Origin: the human T2T-CHM13v2.0 reference genome, Homo sapiens
Direction: 5' to 3' (one strand)
NCBI RefSeq assembly: GCF_009914755.1
Contig: NC_060930.1
Length of the DNA stretch: 64,000 bases
The notes under the pieces are model-generated. The model was not told the DNA's origin. It saw only the letters and a program-made list of their open reading frames with translations, and did no database searches. Position 1 is the first letter of the stretch, and each line of letters begins with the position of its first letter. A program made the position numbers and the translations under genes. Shown here piece after piece: positions 12,807 to 25,660 of this stretch.

Positions 12807-15800
12807 TGATTGTGAGGCCTCCTCAGCCACGTGGAACTGTGAGTCCATTAAACCTCTTTTTCTTTATAAATTACCCAGTCTCAGGTATGTCTTTATCAGC
12901 AGCATAGGAACAGACTAATACAGGTTCTATGGACAGAGCTCTGATCTCTCCCTGGGATAGAGTTCCTGGGTAGAGGGATAGCCACCATCTCTGTGGTTCA
13001 GTAGACTCAGCTGTTCCAACCTGCTGGTTTTGGAGAATACAAACAGTCCTGACAAGGAAGAGTTCTTCCAAATTGAGTACACCTGCTCTATTAAAAACCA
13101 GCCAGACTGTTTCTTTAAGCAGGTCCCTGATCCTGTTCCTCCTGAGTGGGTAAGACTTCCCAACAGGGTCTCCAGCAACCTTCTACAGGAATGTTCAGGA
13201 CAGCAACAGGTCAGTACCACCCTAAGATGGAGCTTCCAGAGGAAGGAGCAGGCTGCTGTCTTTGCTGTTTTGCAGTCTTCACTGGTGATACCTCCAGGTA
13301 CAAGAAAACCGAGGCAACTGAGGTCTGGAGTAGACCCACAGCAAACCACAGCACCCCTACAGTAGAGAGGCCTGACTGTTAAAAAAAAAAAATCAGAAAA
13401 TATCAACAACATCAACAAAAAAGATCCCACACAAAAAAAAAACCCAAAGGTCAACAACCTCAAAAACTGAAGGTAGATAAGCCCACAAAGATGAGAAACA
13501 AACAATGCAAAAACACTGAAAACACAAAAAACCAGAGTGCTTCTTCTCCAAATGACTGCAACACATTTTTTAGCAAGGGCACTGAACTGTGCTGAGGCTG
13601 AGATAGCTGAGTTGACAGAAGTAGGCTTCAGAAGGTGGGTAATAATGAACTTTGCTGAGCTAAAGGAGCATGTTATAACCCAATACAAAGAAGCTAAGAA
13701 TCATAATAAAATAATACAATAGCTGATACCAGAACAACCAGTTTTGAGAGGAACATAAAAGACCTGATAGAGCTGAAAAATATAACTTGAGAACTTCACA
13801 ACTTCACAATCACAAGTATCAATAGCTAAATAGACCAAGTGGAGGAAAGAATCTCAGAGCTTGAAGACTATCTTTCTGAAAAAGACAAGGCACAGAAGAA
13901 TAGAGAAAAAAGAATGAAAAGGAATGAACAAAACCTCCAAGAAATATGGGATTATGTAAAGAGACAACCTATGACTGATTGAGGTAACTGAAAGAGACAG
14001 AGTATGGAACCAAGTTGGAAAACATACTTCAGGGTATCATCCAGGAGAACTTTCCCAACCTAGCAAGACAGGCCAACATTCAAATTCAGGAAATGCAAAG
14101 ATCACCACTAAGATACTTTATGAAAAATCAACCCCAAGACACACAATCATCAGAGTCTCCAAGGTTGAAATGAAAGAAAAAATGTTAAGAGAAGCCAGAG
14201 AGAAAGGCCAGGTCACCTACAAAGGGAAGCCCATCAGACTAACAGCAGAACTCTCAGTGGAAACCCTATAAACCAGAAAAGACTGGGGGCCAATATCAAC
14301 ATTCTCAAAGAAAAAAAGAATTTCCAACCCAGAATTGCATATCCAGCCAAACTAAGCTTCATAAGCAAAGGCGAAATAAGATCTTTTTTAGACAAGCAAA
14401 TGCTGATGAAATTCATCACCACCAGGACTGCCTTGCCAGAGCTCCTGGAGGAAGTGCTAAATATGGAAAGAAAAAACCATTATAAGCCATTACAAAAACA
14501 CAGAGATACATAGACCAGTGACACTATGAAGCAACCACATGAACAAGTCTGCAAAATAACCAGCTAGCATCATGATGATAGGATCAAATTCACACATAAC
14601 AATACTAACCTGAAATGTAAATGAGCTAAATGCCCAAATTAAAAGACACAGAATGGCAAGCTGGATAAAGAGCCAAAACCCATCCGTATGTCATCTTTAA
14701 GAGACTCATCTCATGTGCAAAGATACACATAGGCTCAAAATAAATGGATGGAGGAAAATTTACCAAGCAAATGGAAAACAGAAAAAACCAGAGGTTGCAA
14801 TCCTACTTTCTGGCAAAACAGACTTTAAACCAACAAAAAGTCAAAGAACACAAGGAAGGACATTATATAATGGTAATGGGTTCAATTCAACAAGGAGCGC
14901 TAACTATGCTAAATATATATGTACTCAATGCTGGATCACCCAGATTCATAAAGCAAGTTCTTAGAGAGACTTAGACTCCCATACAATAATAGTGGGAGAC
15001 AGATCATTGAGACAGAAAATTTCCAAAGATATTCAGGACCTGAACTCAACTCTGGATCAAGTATACCTGATAGATATCTACAGAACTCTCTATCCAAAAA
15101 CAAGAGAATATACATTCTTCTCATCGCCATATGGCACTTACTCTAAAATTGATGACATAATCAAAAGTAAAACTCCTCAGCAAATGCAAGGGAATTGAAA
15201 TCATAACAGTCTCTCAGACCACAGCACAATCAAATTAGAACTCAAGATTAAGAAATGTACTCAAAAGCACACAACTGCATAGAAATTGAACATCCTGCTC
15301 CTGAATGACGCTTGGGTAAACAATGAAATTAAGGCAGAAATCAAGAAATTCTTTGGAACTAATGAGAACAAAGAGACAACATACCAGAATCTCTGGGATG
15401 CAGCTAACAGTGTTAAGAGGGAAACTTATGGCACTAAATGCTCACATCAAAAAGTTAGAAAGATCTCAGGTTAACAACCTAATATCTCAACAAAAATAAC
15501 TACAGAACTAAGAGAAAACAAACACCAAAGCTAGCAGAAGACAAGAAAGAATCAAGATCAGAGCTGAAATGAAGGAGACAGACACACAAAAAACCCTTTT
15601 AAAAAAAATCAATGAATCCAGGAGCTGGCTTTTTGGAAAAAAATAATAAATGAGATAGGCCAGTAACTAGACTAATAAAGGAGAGACGAATCAAATAGAC
15701 ACAATCAGAAATGATAATGATGGGGTATCGCCAGTGATCCCACAGAAATACAGATAACCATCAGAGAATACGATAAACACCTCTATGCACATAAACTAGA

Positions 15801-17337
15801 AAATCTAGAATAAATGGATAAAGTCCTGGACACATAACACCCTCCCAAGACTGAATCAGGAAGCAACTGAATCCCTGAATACATCAATAATGAATTCTGA
15901 AATTGAGGCAGTAATAAATAGCCTACAAACCGAAAAAAAAAGCCCAGGACCAGATGGATTTACAGCTGAATTCTACCAGAGGTACAAAGAAGAGCTGGTA
16001 CCATTTCTACTGGAGCTATTCCAAACAATGGAAATGGAGGGACTCCTCCCTAACTTATTCTATGGGGCCAGCATCATCCTGATACTAAAACCTAGCAGAG
16101 ATACAACAACAACAAAATTCAGGCCAATATCCTTGATGAATATCTATGCAAAAATCTTCAATAAAATACTAGCAAACTGAATCCAGCAGCACATCAAAAA
16201 GCTTATCCACCACAATCAAGTTGGCTTCATCCCACGATGCAAGGTTGATTCAACAAACACACATCAATAAATGTGATTCATCACATAAACAGAACTAAAG
16301 ACAAAAACCACATGATTATCTCAATAGATGCAGAAAAGACCTCTGATAAAATTCAACATTCTTTCATGTTAAAAATTCTCAATAAACTAGGTATTGAAGG
16401 AACATACCTCAAAATAGTAAGAGCCATCTATGACAAACCCACAGCCAATGTCATATCGAATGGTCAAAAGCTGGAAGCATTCCCTTTAAAAATAAGCACA
16501 AGAAAAGGATGCCCTCTCTCACCACTCCTATTCAACACAGCATTGGAAGTTCTGGCCAGGGCAGTCAGGCAAGAGAAAGATATAAAGCATATTCAAATAG
16601 GAAAGGAGGAAATCAAACCTTTATTTGCAGATGACATGATCCTGTATCTAGAAAACCCTATAGTCTCAGCCCAAAAGCTTCTTAAGCTGATAAACAACTT
16701 CAGCAGTCTCAGGATACAAAAAGCAAGTGCAAAAATCACTAGCATTCCTATACACCAACAACAGGCAAGCAGAGAGCCAAATCATGAATGAACTCCCATT
16801 CACAGTTGCTACAAAAAGAATAAAATACCTAGGAATAGACCTAACAAGGGAAGTGAAGGATCTCTTCAAGGAGAGCTACAAGTCACTGCTTGAGGAAATC
16901 AGAGAGGATATAAACAAATGGGAAAACATTCCATGCTCATGGATAGGAAAAATCAATATTGTGAAAATGGCCATACTGCCCAAAGTAATTTATAGATTCA
17001 ATGCTGTTCCTATTAAACTACCATTAACATTCTTCACAGAATTAGAAAAACTATTTTAAAATTCATATGGAAGCAAGAAAGAGGCTGAATAGCCAAGACA
17101 ATCCTAAGCAAAAAGAACAAAGCTGGAGACATCATGCAATCCAACTTCAAACTATACCACAAGGTTACAGTAACCAAAACAGCATGGTACTGGTATAACA
17201 GACACATAGATCAATGGAACAGGAAAGAGACCTCCGAAATAAGACCACACACCTACAACCATCTGATCTTCAACAAACCTGACAAAAACAAACAATGAGA
17301 AAAGGGATCCCTGCTTAATAAACAGTGCTGGGAAAAC

Positions 17338-17463
17338 CAGGTACTCAGGAGTCTCAGGCAGGAGAATTGCTTGAACCCCAGAAATGGAGGTTGCAGTGAG
17401 CTGAGATCATGCTACTGCACTCCAGCCTGGGTGGCAGAGTGAGACTCTGTCTCAAAAAAAAAA
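17338..17463 (+). mobile_element. Alu right-arm fragment replacing part of L1 ORF2
   Basis: TACTCAGGAG...GGCAGGAGAATTGCTTGAACC...CTGTCTCAAAAAAAAAA. Confidence 0.88.
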
Positions 17464-18151
17464 GACCTAGAGGCAGAAATACAATTTGACTCAGTAATCC
17501 CATTATTGGATATATACCCAAAGGGATATAAATCATTATAAAGATACAAACAAGTGTATATTCCTTGCAGCACTATTCACAATAGCAAAGACATGGAATC
17601 AACTGAAATGCCCATCAATGATAAACTAGATAAACAAAATGTGGTACGTATACATGACATGGAATACTATGCAGCCATAAAAAGGAATGAGATCATGTCC
17701 TTTGCAGGGACATGGACAGAGTTGGAAGCCATTATCCTCAGCAAACTAATGCAGGAACAGAAAACCAAAAACTGCGTGATCTCATTTATAAGTGGGAGTT
17801 GAATGTTGACAACACATGAACAAATGGCAGGGAGCAACACACAGTGGGGTCTGTCGGGGTCAGGGGAAGGGGGGAGGGAGAGCATCAGGAAGAATAGCTA
17901 ATGGATGCTGGGCTTAATACCTAGGTGATGGGATGATCTGTGCAGCAAACCACCATGACACACATTTACCTATGTAACAAACCTGCACATCCTGCACATG
18001 TAGCCCTGGACTTAAAAGTTGGAAAAAAAAAAAAAAAACCTGTTTCCTATACCCTCATGGAAAAAGATTAATATTTATATATAAATATAGAAATAAAAAA
18101 TAATTCTGTTTTAAATATTATTTTATTTTTAATGTTAAATGATTTAATATC

Positions 18152-18275
18152 TTTATTGTGGTAAAATATAAATAAGCTAAAATTTACCATTTTAACCACT
18201 TTTAAGTCATTTCCAGTGGCATCAAGTATACTCACAGTAATGTGCAACCATCACCACTATCCCAGAAAGTTTTTG
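18152..18275 (-). mobile_element. L1MB-type 3' end fragment
   Basis: TTTATTGTGGTAAAATATA...AAATTTACCATTTTAACC...TGTGCAACCATCACCACTATC. Confidence 0.7.
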
Positions 18276-18536
18276 ATAGGCAAAAACAGTACATGGAAGG
18301 TCATTCTTGGCAGAAAAAAAGAGGAAGCATGGAGAAATGAAATATCAAGCAAATGCAAAACGTTGGCTATAGGCAGAATGTAGAATGCAGTAATTGCATG
18401 TGTGCATGACTCTGTGTGTGTATGTGTGTGTGTGGAGGACAAGGCAGTGGTTGGGAGAGGAGTGAGAATTTGAACAAATGGGTCTAGAAAAGCACATGGG
18501 GTCAGGTCATGGAGGGTTTGTAAGCCACATTACTGA

Positions 18537-18852
<316 letters not shown>

Positions 18853-20049
18853 TCCTCTTATCCTCCTAAACCTCTTGGCCCACGTCTGAGACCCCATGGC
18901 CGTAGTGGACAGCTCCTACACACTCTCCAGGCAACTGTGACTCTGACTCTTTGCCTACGGGATTTGAGCACCTTGCTCAGCCCATGCATGAGACCCCTCT
19001 GAAGTGCTGAGAATTTGATGCCCTAAGAAAGTTAAACCATTACGGGACAGAGGGCAGTTGATAAGGGCTCCAGCTTCTGCATGTCTCATGAGACAGTTCT
19101 ACATGGTTGCTCAGGGACTCCCTAGCAGGATTGAGCCCCAGTTGTCCACAGGAGCAATCAGCTCATTAACATACACTGTATTGGTTTTTCCCCTTTTCCT
19201 ATATCAATCAATTTCCTCACCTCTCATCTGAATTCCTGGGATTACCTCCCAATATTGCCTGTGCCCACATACTATCCTTGCCTCAGGTTCTGCTTTGGGA
19301 GAAAATCCAATATAGACAAGTGGTTCCAGAAGTAATCTCAGGATTGATCCTGCAGTTGGCTCACTCCAGTCAGATGCTAACACGAGCTGCACTCTTGCTG
19401 GTGAATGTAGCTGTGAAAACTCCTGTAGGCTGTAGCATCACAATCACTGAAATGCTCACCAGGGTTGGATTGGGGTAGAAAAGGAAGCACCAGCTTATAT
19501 GATCTCCATAGCACTTGAAAGATATGGGGGCAATGGTAATGGTAAGAACTGTGGAGTTGCTATAAAAGTGAATAAAAGACTCAGGTCAACCAACCATCAG
19601 CTCACTGTGGCACACTGTGAAAGGCAGAGGTCCTCCATGGATGCATTTAAACAGACCATTACCTCCTGCAGCTGTAGGGAAGAATGCTGGTAATCAGGTA
19701 TAGGACTTGATATAAGGATAATAGACCTACAAAAGAGGCTGAATGCACAGTCTCAGGAGGTCTTCCACATTAAAAATCAGGCCTTAATAGGGAAAGAGTT
19801 AAATGCTACAACCTGGGATGGGGACATCTGGGTGGAAAGCTCCAGGCTGGCTAAATGGCTTCCTCCTCGTTAGTAAAAGAGAGCAAACTCCCATTGCCTG
19901 AAACCATGCCATGGCCTGACCTGGGGCTGATGTTCCACAAGGTAATCTGTGTCCTCCTCATTGCTCCTTCCCTTATTGCTTCTAGATCCGTAGCTAGGCT
20001 GAGGTCCCAGAATATCCTGGATGGAGAAGTAGAGTCCATGCTACAGGAA

Positions 20050-20160
20050 GAAATAGATTATCTATTTCTGGATAAATAGAAAGAGCTGGATAATATATCC
20101 AGCAGGAAGAGCTGGATAATATATCCAGCAGGAAGAGCTGGATAACATGTCCAGTAGGAA
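20050..20160. repeat. 26-bp tandem repeat x3 (AAGAGCTGGATAATATATCCAGCAGG) preceded by overlapping hairpins
   Basis: Copies start at 20081, 20107 and 20133. Confidence 0.92.
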
Positions 20161-20352
20161 CGAAGAGAACATACGTGGAAGTGGATCTTGAGGAAATTGG
20201 ATTGGGGGATGGGTTGGTAAAATAAACCACCCCTCAAAATAACTAAATAAATAAACTACCCACTTACAGACAAGTTGATTACATCAGACCCTTCCATCCT
20301 GGAGGGGGCAGTAATTCATCCTATGGGGTTGATGTTTATTTCAATTTCCCCT

Positions 20353-20825
20353 CTGCCACCCCATAATATGCCACTTTGACATAAGGATTATTTTGAGCTA
20401 AAGGCACTTGAAAAAAAGCAGATGCAAGGACATGCTAACTTCTTCTTTTCTTCCCCAAAACAGGAGATTAAAAAAAAAAAAACTGCCATGTGAAAGATGT
20501 CCTTGTACCAGGAGAAAAGAAATATCCTTCAAGGGGGAGTCCTAACTGAGAGAATTCTGTACAAACAAATGTTATTAAAATAATACTTATATTTCTTTAG
20601 CCTCCCCACATAGTTTAGTTACTCCTCCACAATTGCCTCACTTTGTCCAACCTCGTACAAAAGCTTTTAGGCTTTGCCAGTTTATGGGTCTTCATTTCCT
20701 TATGGGGACTCCCATGACATGTAAAACATTCATTAAATCTGTATGCTTTTTCCCTGTTAATCTATCTTATGTCAATTTAATTCTCAGGCTCAGCCAGGGA
20801 CTTTAAGAGAGTTGCTTCTCTTACA
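20353..20825 (+). mobile_element. MER34-family (ERV1) solo LTR
   Basis: TGCCACCCC..AATATGCCACTTTGACATAAGGATTATTTTGAGCT start; TGTTAATCTATCTTATGTCAATTTAATT near the end. Confidence 0.65.
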
Positions 20826-21744
20826 TATGTAAGCCCCACTATATGAGGACTAATGGAGTCCTTGAGTTATTGACATGAGATCCTGTATTATGACAATGGG
20901 CACATGACCATGGGATCCACTGGCTTTTTCATATACTGCATCTCCCAGAAACTGTCAGACTGATAAAACATTAAAACAGCCTTTTACAGGCTCAACAGAG
21001 GTACCAGCTCACAGACAACACCCTTCAGAGCTGAAGATCTACCCCTTGTACCATCGCTTCCACTGTCTTATTTGAGGGAACTTATGACCACTCTAATAGA
21101 ACATTTAGGCTCTGCAGAATTAGAGGTCTACATCCCCAAGAGTGGTAGAAATGCTTCTACCAGGAAACATAATAAAGATTCCACTGAACCTAAAGCTACT
21201 GCCACTTGTCATTTGAAATTCCTTATGAAGGCAGACCAACTGGTCAAAAATCAGAGTTAATATTCTGGTGGGTTAATTAATCTTGATTATCACAAGGGGA
21301 TATAGTTGCTGTACAAAAGATTAATTAAAGCCTCAGCAACTGCTGTAGCTATGGGGACTGCAATTTGTTTCACCAACCCTCCTGCCATTTAACTGTACTT
21401 TAGAGACTATGGCCCGTGACTATAATACGTTGCAACATCAACATCAGAGCCTACTCAGTGTAAGCCAGAGCTGATCTATGCACATCCAGGAGTGGTGGAC
21501 TGTGGCAGACAATGTTGATGTTCCATCCATGCGTCCTTGACCTATGTCTAATTTAACCTGCAACTACAGTAGAGTTCCCATGCATACTGACAACTTCCCA
21601 CCCCAAGCAGCTGTCTTTTTGCTTCTTGGCCTGAGAGCTTTACCTGGCGTCATAGGCGCTATCTCATCCTGCACACAGGGCAACCCAGATGTGCTGGGAA
21701 TTTAAACCCTTGTGAGCAAATTTAACAATGAAAAATAGCAGTCA

Positions 21745-22158
<414 letters not shown>

Positions 22159-22449
22159 TTATAAACACACACATTTGATTCTTTTTTCTCTTAAACTGCC
22201 CTACTCTCCTCATCCCTTCATTTGTACGTCCGGGGATCACCTCCTGTATAAATCACCTACTCCCAAGTCCCTGTTCAGGAATCCAAATTAAAGCAATGTA
22301 CTGTTAAAAAACAGGAAGGGTTCTGCTTGATGATTATAATTCATTTCAGCATATTAATGGTTCTGCAATTTGTACAGTAATAAGAAACAAAAAGCAAAAA
22401 TAAAAACCCTTAAACCCTGTCTACCTCTGTATTTCCCAAATGTATTTGC

Positions 22450-22580
22450 GTAGTGGTTAAGAGGATGGACTTTGTATTTAAACCAACCTGGCTTCGAATT
22501 ATAACTTCATTATTTACTTTGAAAGTCAGTAACCACTCCAAGGCTCAGTATCCCTAACTCTAAAATGGGGATCATAATAT
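22450..22580 (+). mobile_element. MIR SINE
   Basis: GTAGTGGTTAAGAG..TGGACTTTG...GCTCAGTATCCC..CTCTAAAATGGGGAT. Confidence 0.7.
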
Positions 22581-22581
22581 A

Positions 22582-22792
22582 TCTACAAAAAAATACAGGA
22601 AAAAAAAAGTTGGGTGTGGTGGTGTGCACCTGTAGTCTCAGCTACTGGGGAGGCTGAGATGGGAAGACCACCTGAGCCTGGGAAGTCAAGGCTACAGTGA
22701 ACCTGATCATGCCACTGTACTCCAGCCTGGGTGACAGAGTAAGATCTTTTCTCAAAAAAAAATAATAATAATAATAATAAATATATATATAT
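22582..22792 (+). mobile_element. AluJ/FRAM-like right monomer with (AAT)n/(AT)n tail
   Basis: CCTGTAGTCTCAGCTACT...CCAGCCTGGGTGACAGAG. Confidence 0.85.
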
Positions 22793-24985
22793 ATGGAACA
22801 TGGATTTTTTTGAATTATTGGTATGCATTTCTCTAGGGAAAATCTAGATTATGATTCTAATGGTGGCTTTTTTTTTTTTTTTAACAGAAATCTTAAAGAC
22901 ATTTGTAGAATTCCAAAGAAAAAAAGGGTTGCTATCAGTTAACTCCTGCAAATAAGAACCTAAGTTAAATCTCAGCTCAGCACTGAATATAAGCTCACAA
23001 AGCTTCTTTGAAGATAATTAGTTTGCCTGTTTTTGAAACTTCTTCATTCCATGCAAATGGTTTTTCAGGAGAATGTATCTGTGTTTTAGAATGCCGAAGT
23101 TGTTTATACCTTGTCTGCTAGTCCTAACCCATGCTGTGATGACTCACTCACCCCCAGGTTGAGAGGAAAGATTGGGCTGCTCTGTTACCAAAGTAAACAC
23201 TAGGGCCTAAGTAGTGCCTTTTTCATTGATCACCTGCTAACGGACAGGCTATGCAAACACGCTCCCTTGGTGAGAACATGTAGAGCTGTCTTTTTTTCCA
23301 AATGCATCCCTTGGATTACAGAGCTACATATTCTGAAAATTCTTCTAATGTCTTCTTAGAACAAAAAAACTGTTGAGTGGAAGAACATGAACAACCAGGC
23401 ATGTTTGATACATAAGCTCCTTAGTACCAAACAAGCTGAAACTGGGATGACTCAGACAATGGCGTAGAAGCAGGTTCTCTTCTTGACATGGCTTTCCTTT
23501 AACAGCTCAGCTTTGCTATAGTCCAAGGATAGCACCACTCTACCCAAGAGTGAAAGAGACAACTCACTCAGAGATTCCCAGCGAGCCCCTCTAGGGCAAT
23601 TAGGCTAATAATTAGCCAGTTGCAACTAGAAGCTTATTGTTAGTCTTTGCAATCAGGAAGCATGAAGGTTGCATTCTGAACTGAGAAACTTCAACATAGT
23701 ACTTTTTTTAAAAAAAATGTATCGTAGTTTCATTTAAGGCACTGTGTATTTGCAGCAGAAAAAGACAAACATCATTTGACTTAGCTTAGAATTTGTGATG
23801 TTTCTGAATGTTGAATTTACCCTTCAAAGTCATAAATTGGAGAATGCAGGGAAAGGTCTATTCACCCTTGTACTTAAATCCCTGACATTGATGGAAAAAG
23901 ATGCCTCTGTGTTTCTGAGCCCAATAAAAGACAATTTTGGAGAGGTAAATGTGGGGATATATGGAGTGGGGGGAAGAGGAACAAGGCTTGACTGACTTCT
24001 TTAAACACCCCTGGCAGTAATTTTCATCCCTCCTGGGGTTTGTCTTTGGATTAGAGACTGTTCCACCGTGGTGTCTGGATGCCCTAATCTCATAGCCAGT
24101 TCTCCTGGGAGGATGGTGCAGCTGTGCCCTGTTGCACAAGGGCACCCAGCCCAGGGTGCTCTTGGTGGGAGGAGGCTGTGTCAGCCCAGAGGAAGGGTCA
24201 CCTCTCCCTAAATTACAGTAGCTCCCTAAATCACTCCAGAGTGAGAGCCCCTAGGTGTCCTGCATGACTCATATACTGTTCTGAGACAAAGGCGGTTGTC
24301 TTTGTTTGGGATCTGCCAGGAATTCATGTAATCATGTTGATGTCTCCAGTCATGATGTGTCCCACTTCTTATCACCTACACATCTTCAGAAGAGGATATT
24401 ATTCCAATGACAATTCTATCAACATGAAATCGATCATACAGATGCCAGTGTCCTTTGTGTCCATTTCTCACAGTCTTCTACATCTGCGCTGAAATCAGTT
24501 TTTCTTTAGTGTTGTTATTGTTGTTTTTTCATTGGGAAAGGATTAAGCATTGAGGTGTTGCTTGACTTTGGAAATTGGGTGGGGTGGCATTTGGAAATGC
24601 AAATTTTCACTGAAGCATTTCAACTCGATAGAAAGGATAGAATAGGGAAACAGAGGGTATCCACATGGAACTTGCTTTCAAAGTCTCACTTGGCAATTTA
24701 CTTTTATTTATGAAATTCAGAGTTTATGTTTCAAATCTAAGTATTTCCTCTTGAAAGTAACTTAATCAAAAGCAGTTGATAATAGCAGGTTAATTACCTT
24801 GAGTCTTTGCACTGGAAAAACTGGCTGGGTCACCCCATTACACAACCATCTATTATGATTATATGATGACTCATTATCACGAAGACAATCTTGTGCCATT
24901 TAAATCAGCAGGATTCCATTTCTTCACCAGAGAACTATCTCTAAATACACACACGCATGCTCACACACTTCTGAGTTTCCCTTTG

Positions 24986-24991
24986 TTTATT
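24986..24991 (-). terminator. Distal polyadenylation signal AATAAA
   Basis: TTTATT on +. Followed on the minus strand by GT-rich sequence (GTGTGTGAGCATGCGTGTGTGT). Confidence 0.55.
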
Positions 24992-25539
24992 TTTGCAGCC
25001 AACAAAGTATGTTTTCGAGGTTAACAACGAAGCACAGGATAGTACAAGTGGAAGATCATTAACATGACTGGATAGGAACCTCTTTTAATTTCCCTTCCTT
25101 GGCTTTTTCCACACCCTAGGTGGATTACACTCACCCTGACACACCTAGAAAATACACCCAGATACCAGAATTGCAAAATTCAGGAAGAATGCACTGCACA
25201 CTGTATCCAGGCAAGCCAAGCTCACCTAAAAATGGTCTCAAAAAGCAAAGGGCTCTGACCATCGACTGATGGGGTTGCAAGCCCAGCCTGTCTGCAGGAA
25301 TTTTTAAATCTGAAACCACACTACAGAAATTATTTTATATATTACTTATTTTTAAAACTCAACTGTAAAAATAAGTGTTACAGGAAGAGTGAGGAAGAGG
25401 GAATTTAAAAGAGGAAGTTGGGACTGAATCTATTCGTTCCAACCTCCCTAAGCAATCCACTTATTGATCAGTGCTTCCAACTCAAGGAATATTTAAAATT
25501 TTTTAATTAAAGAAAAAATTCTATCAATCAGAGAATCTT

Positions 25540-25660
25540 GAAGGTAGGGGGATCATTTACAATCATTTTACAGGTGAGGATATTGAGACCAGCAGGGAGA
25601 TGACCTGCCCAAGCCTGCACAGATAGCAAGGACCAAAGTTGGGATGAGACTCAAATATGC
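25540..25660 (-). mobile_element. MIR fragment within long PERP 3' UTR
   Basis: CATTTTACAGGTGAGGATATTGAGACC...TGACCTGCCCAAG. Confidence 0.6.

Noticed and set aside
12927-13688. 253-aa minus-strand ORF, the longest in the window
   Set aside because: Antisense to the L1 5' UTR/ORF1 start; repeat-derived, with no evidence of an independent gene.
15890-17059. Reverse-transcriptase-like ORFs (also 61847-62836)
   Set aside because: Frameshifted L1 ORF2 fragments, not intact.
20081-20160. Palindromic 26-bp repeats resembling a CRISPR array
   Set aside because: No spacers, no cas genes, and a primate ERV context.
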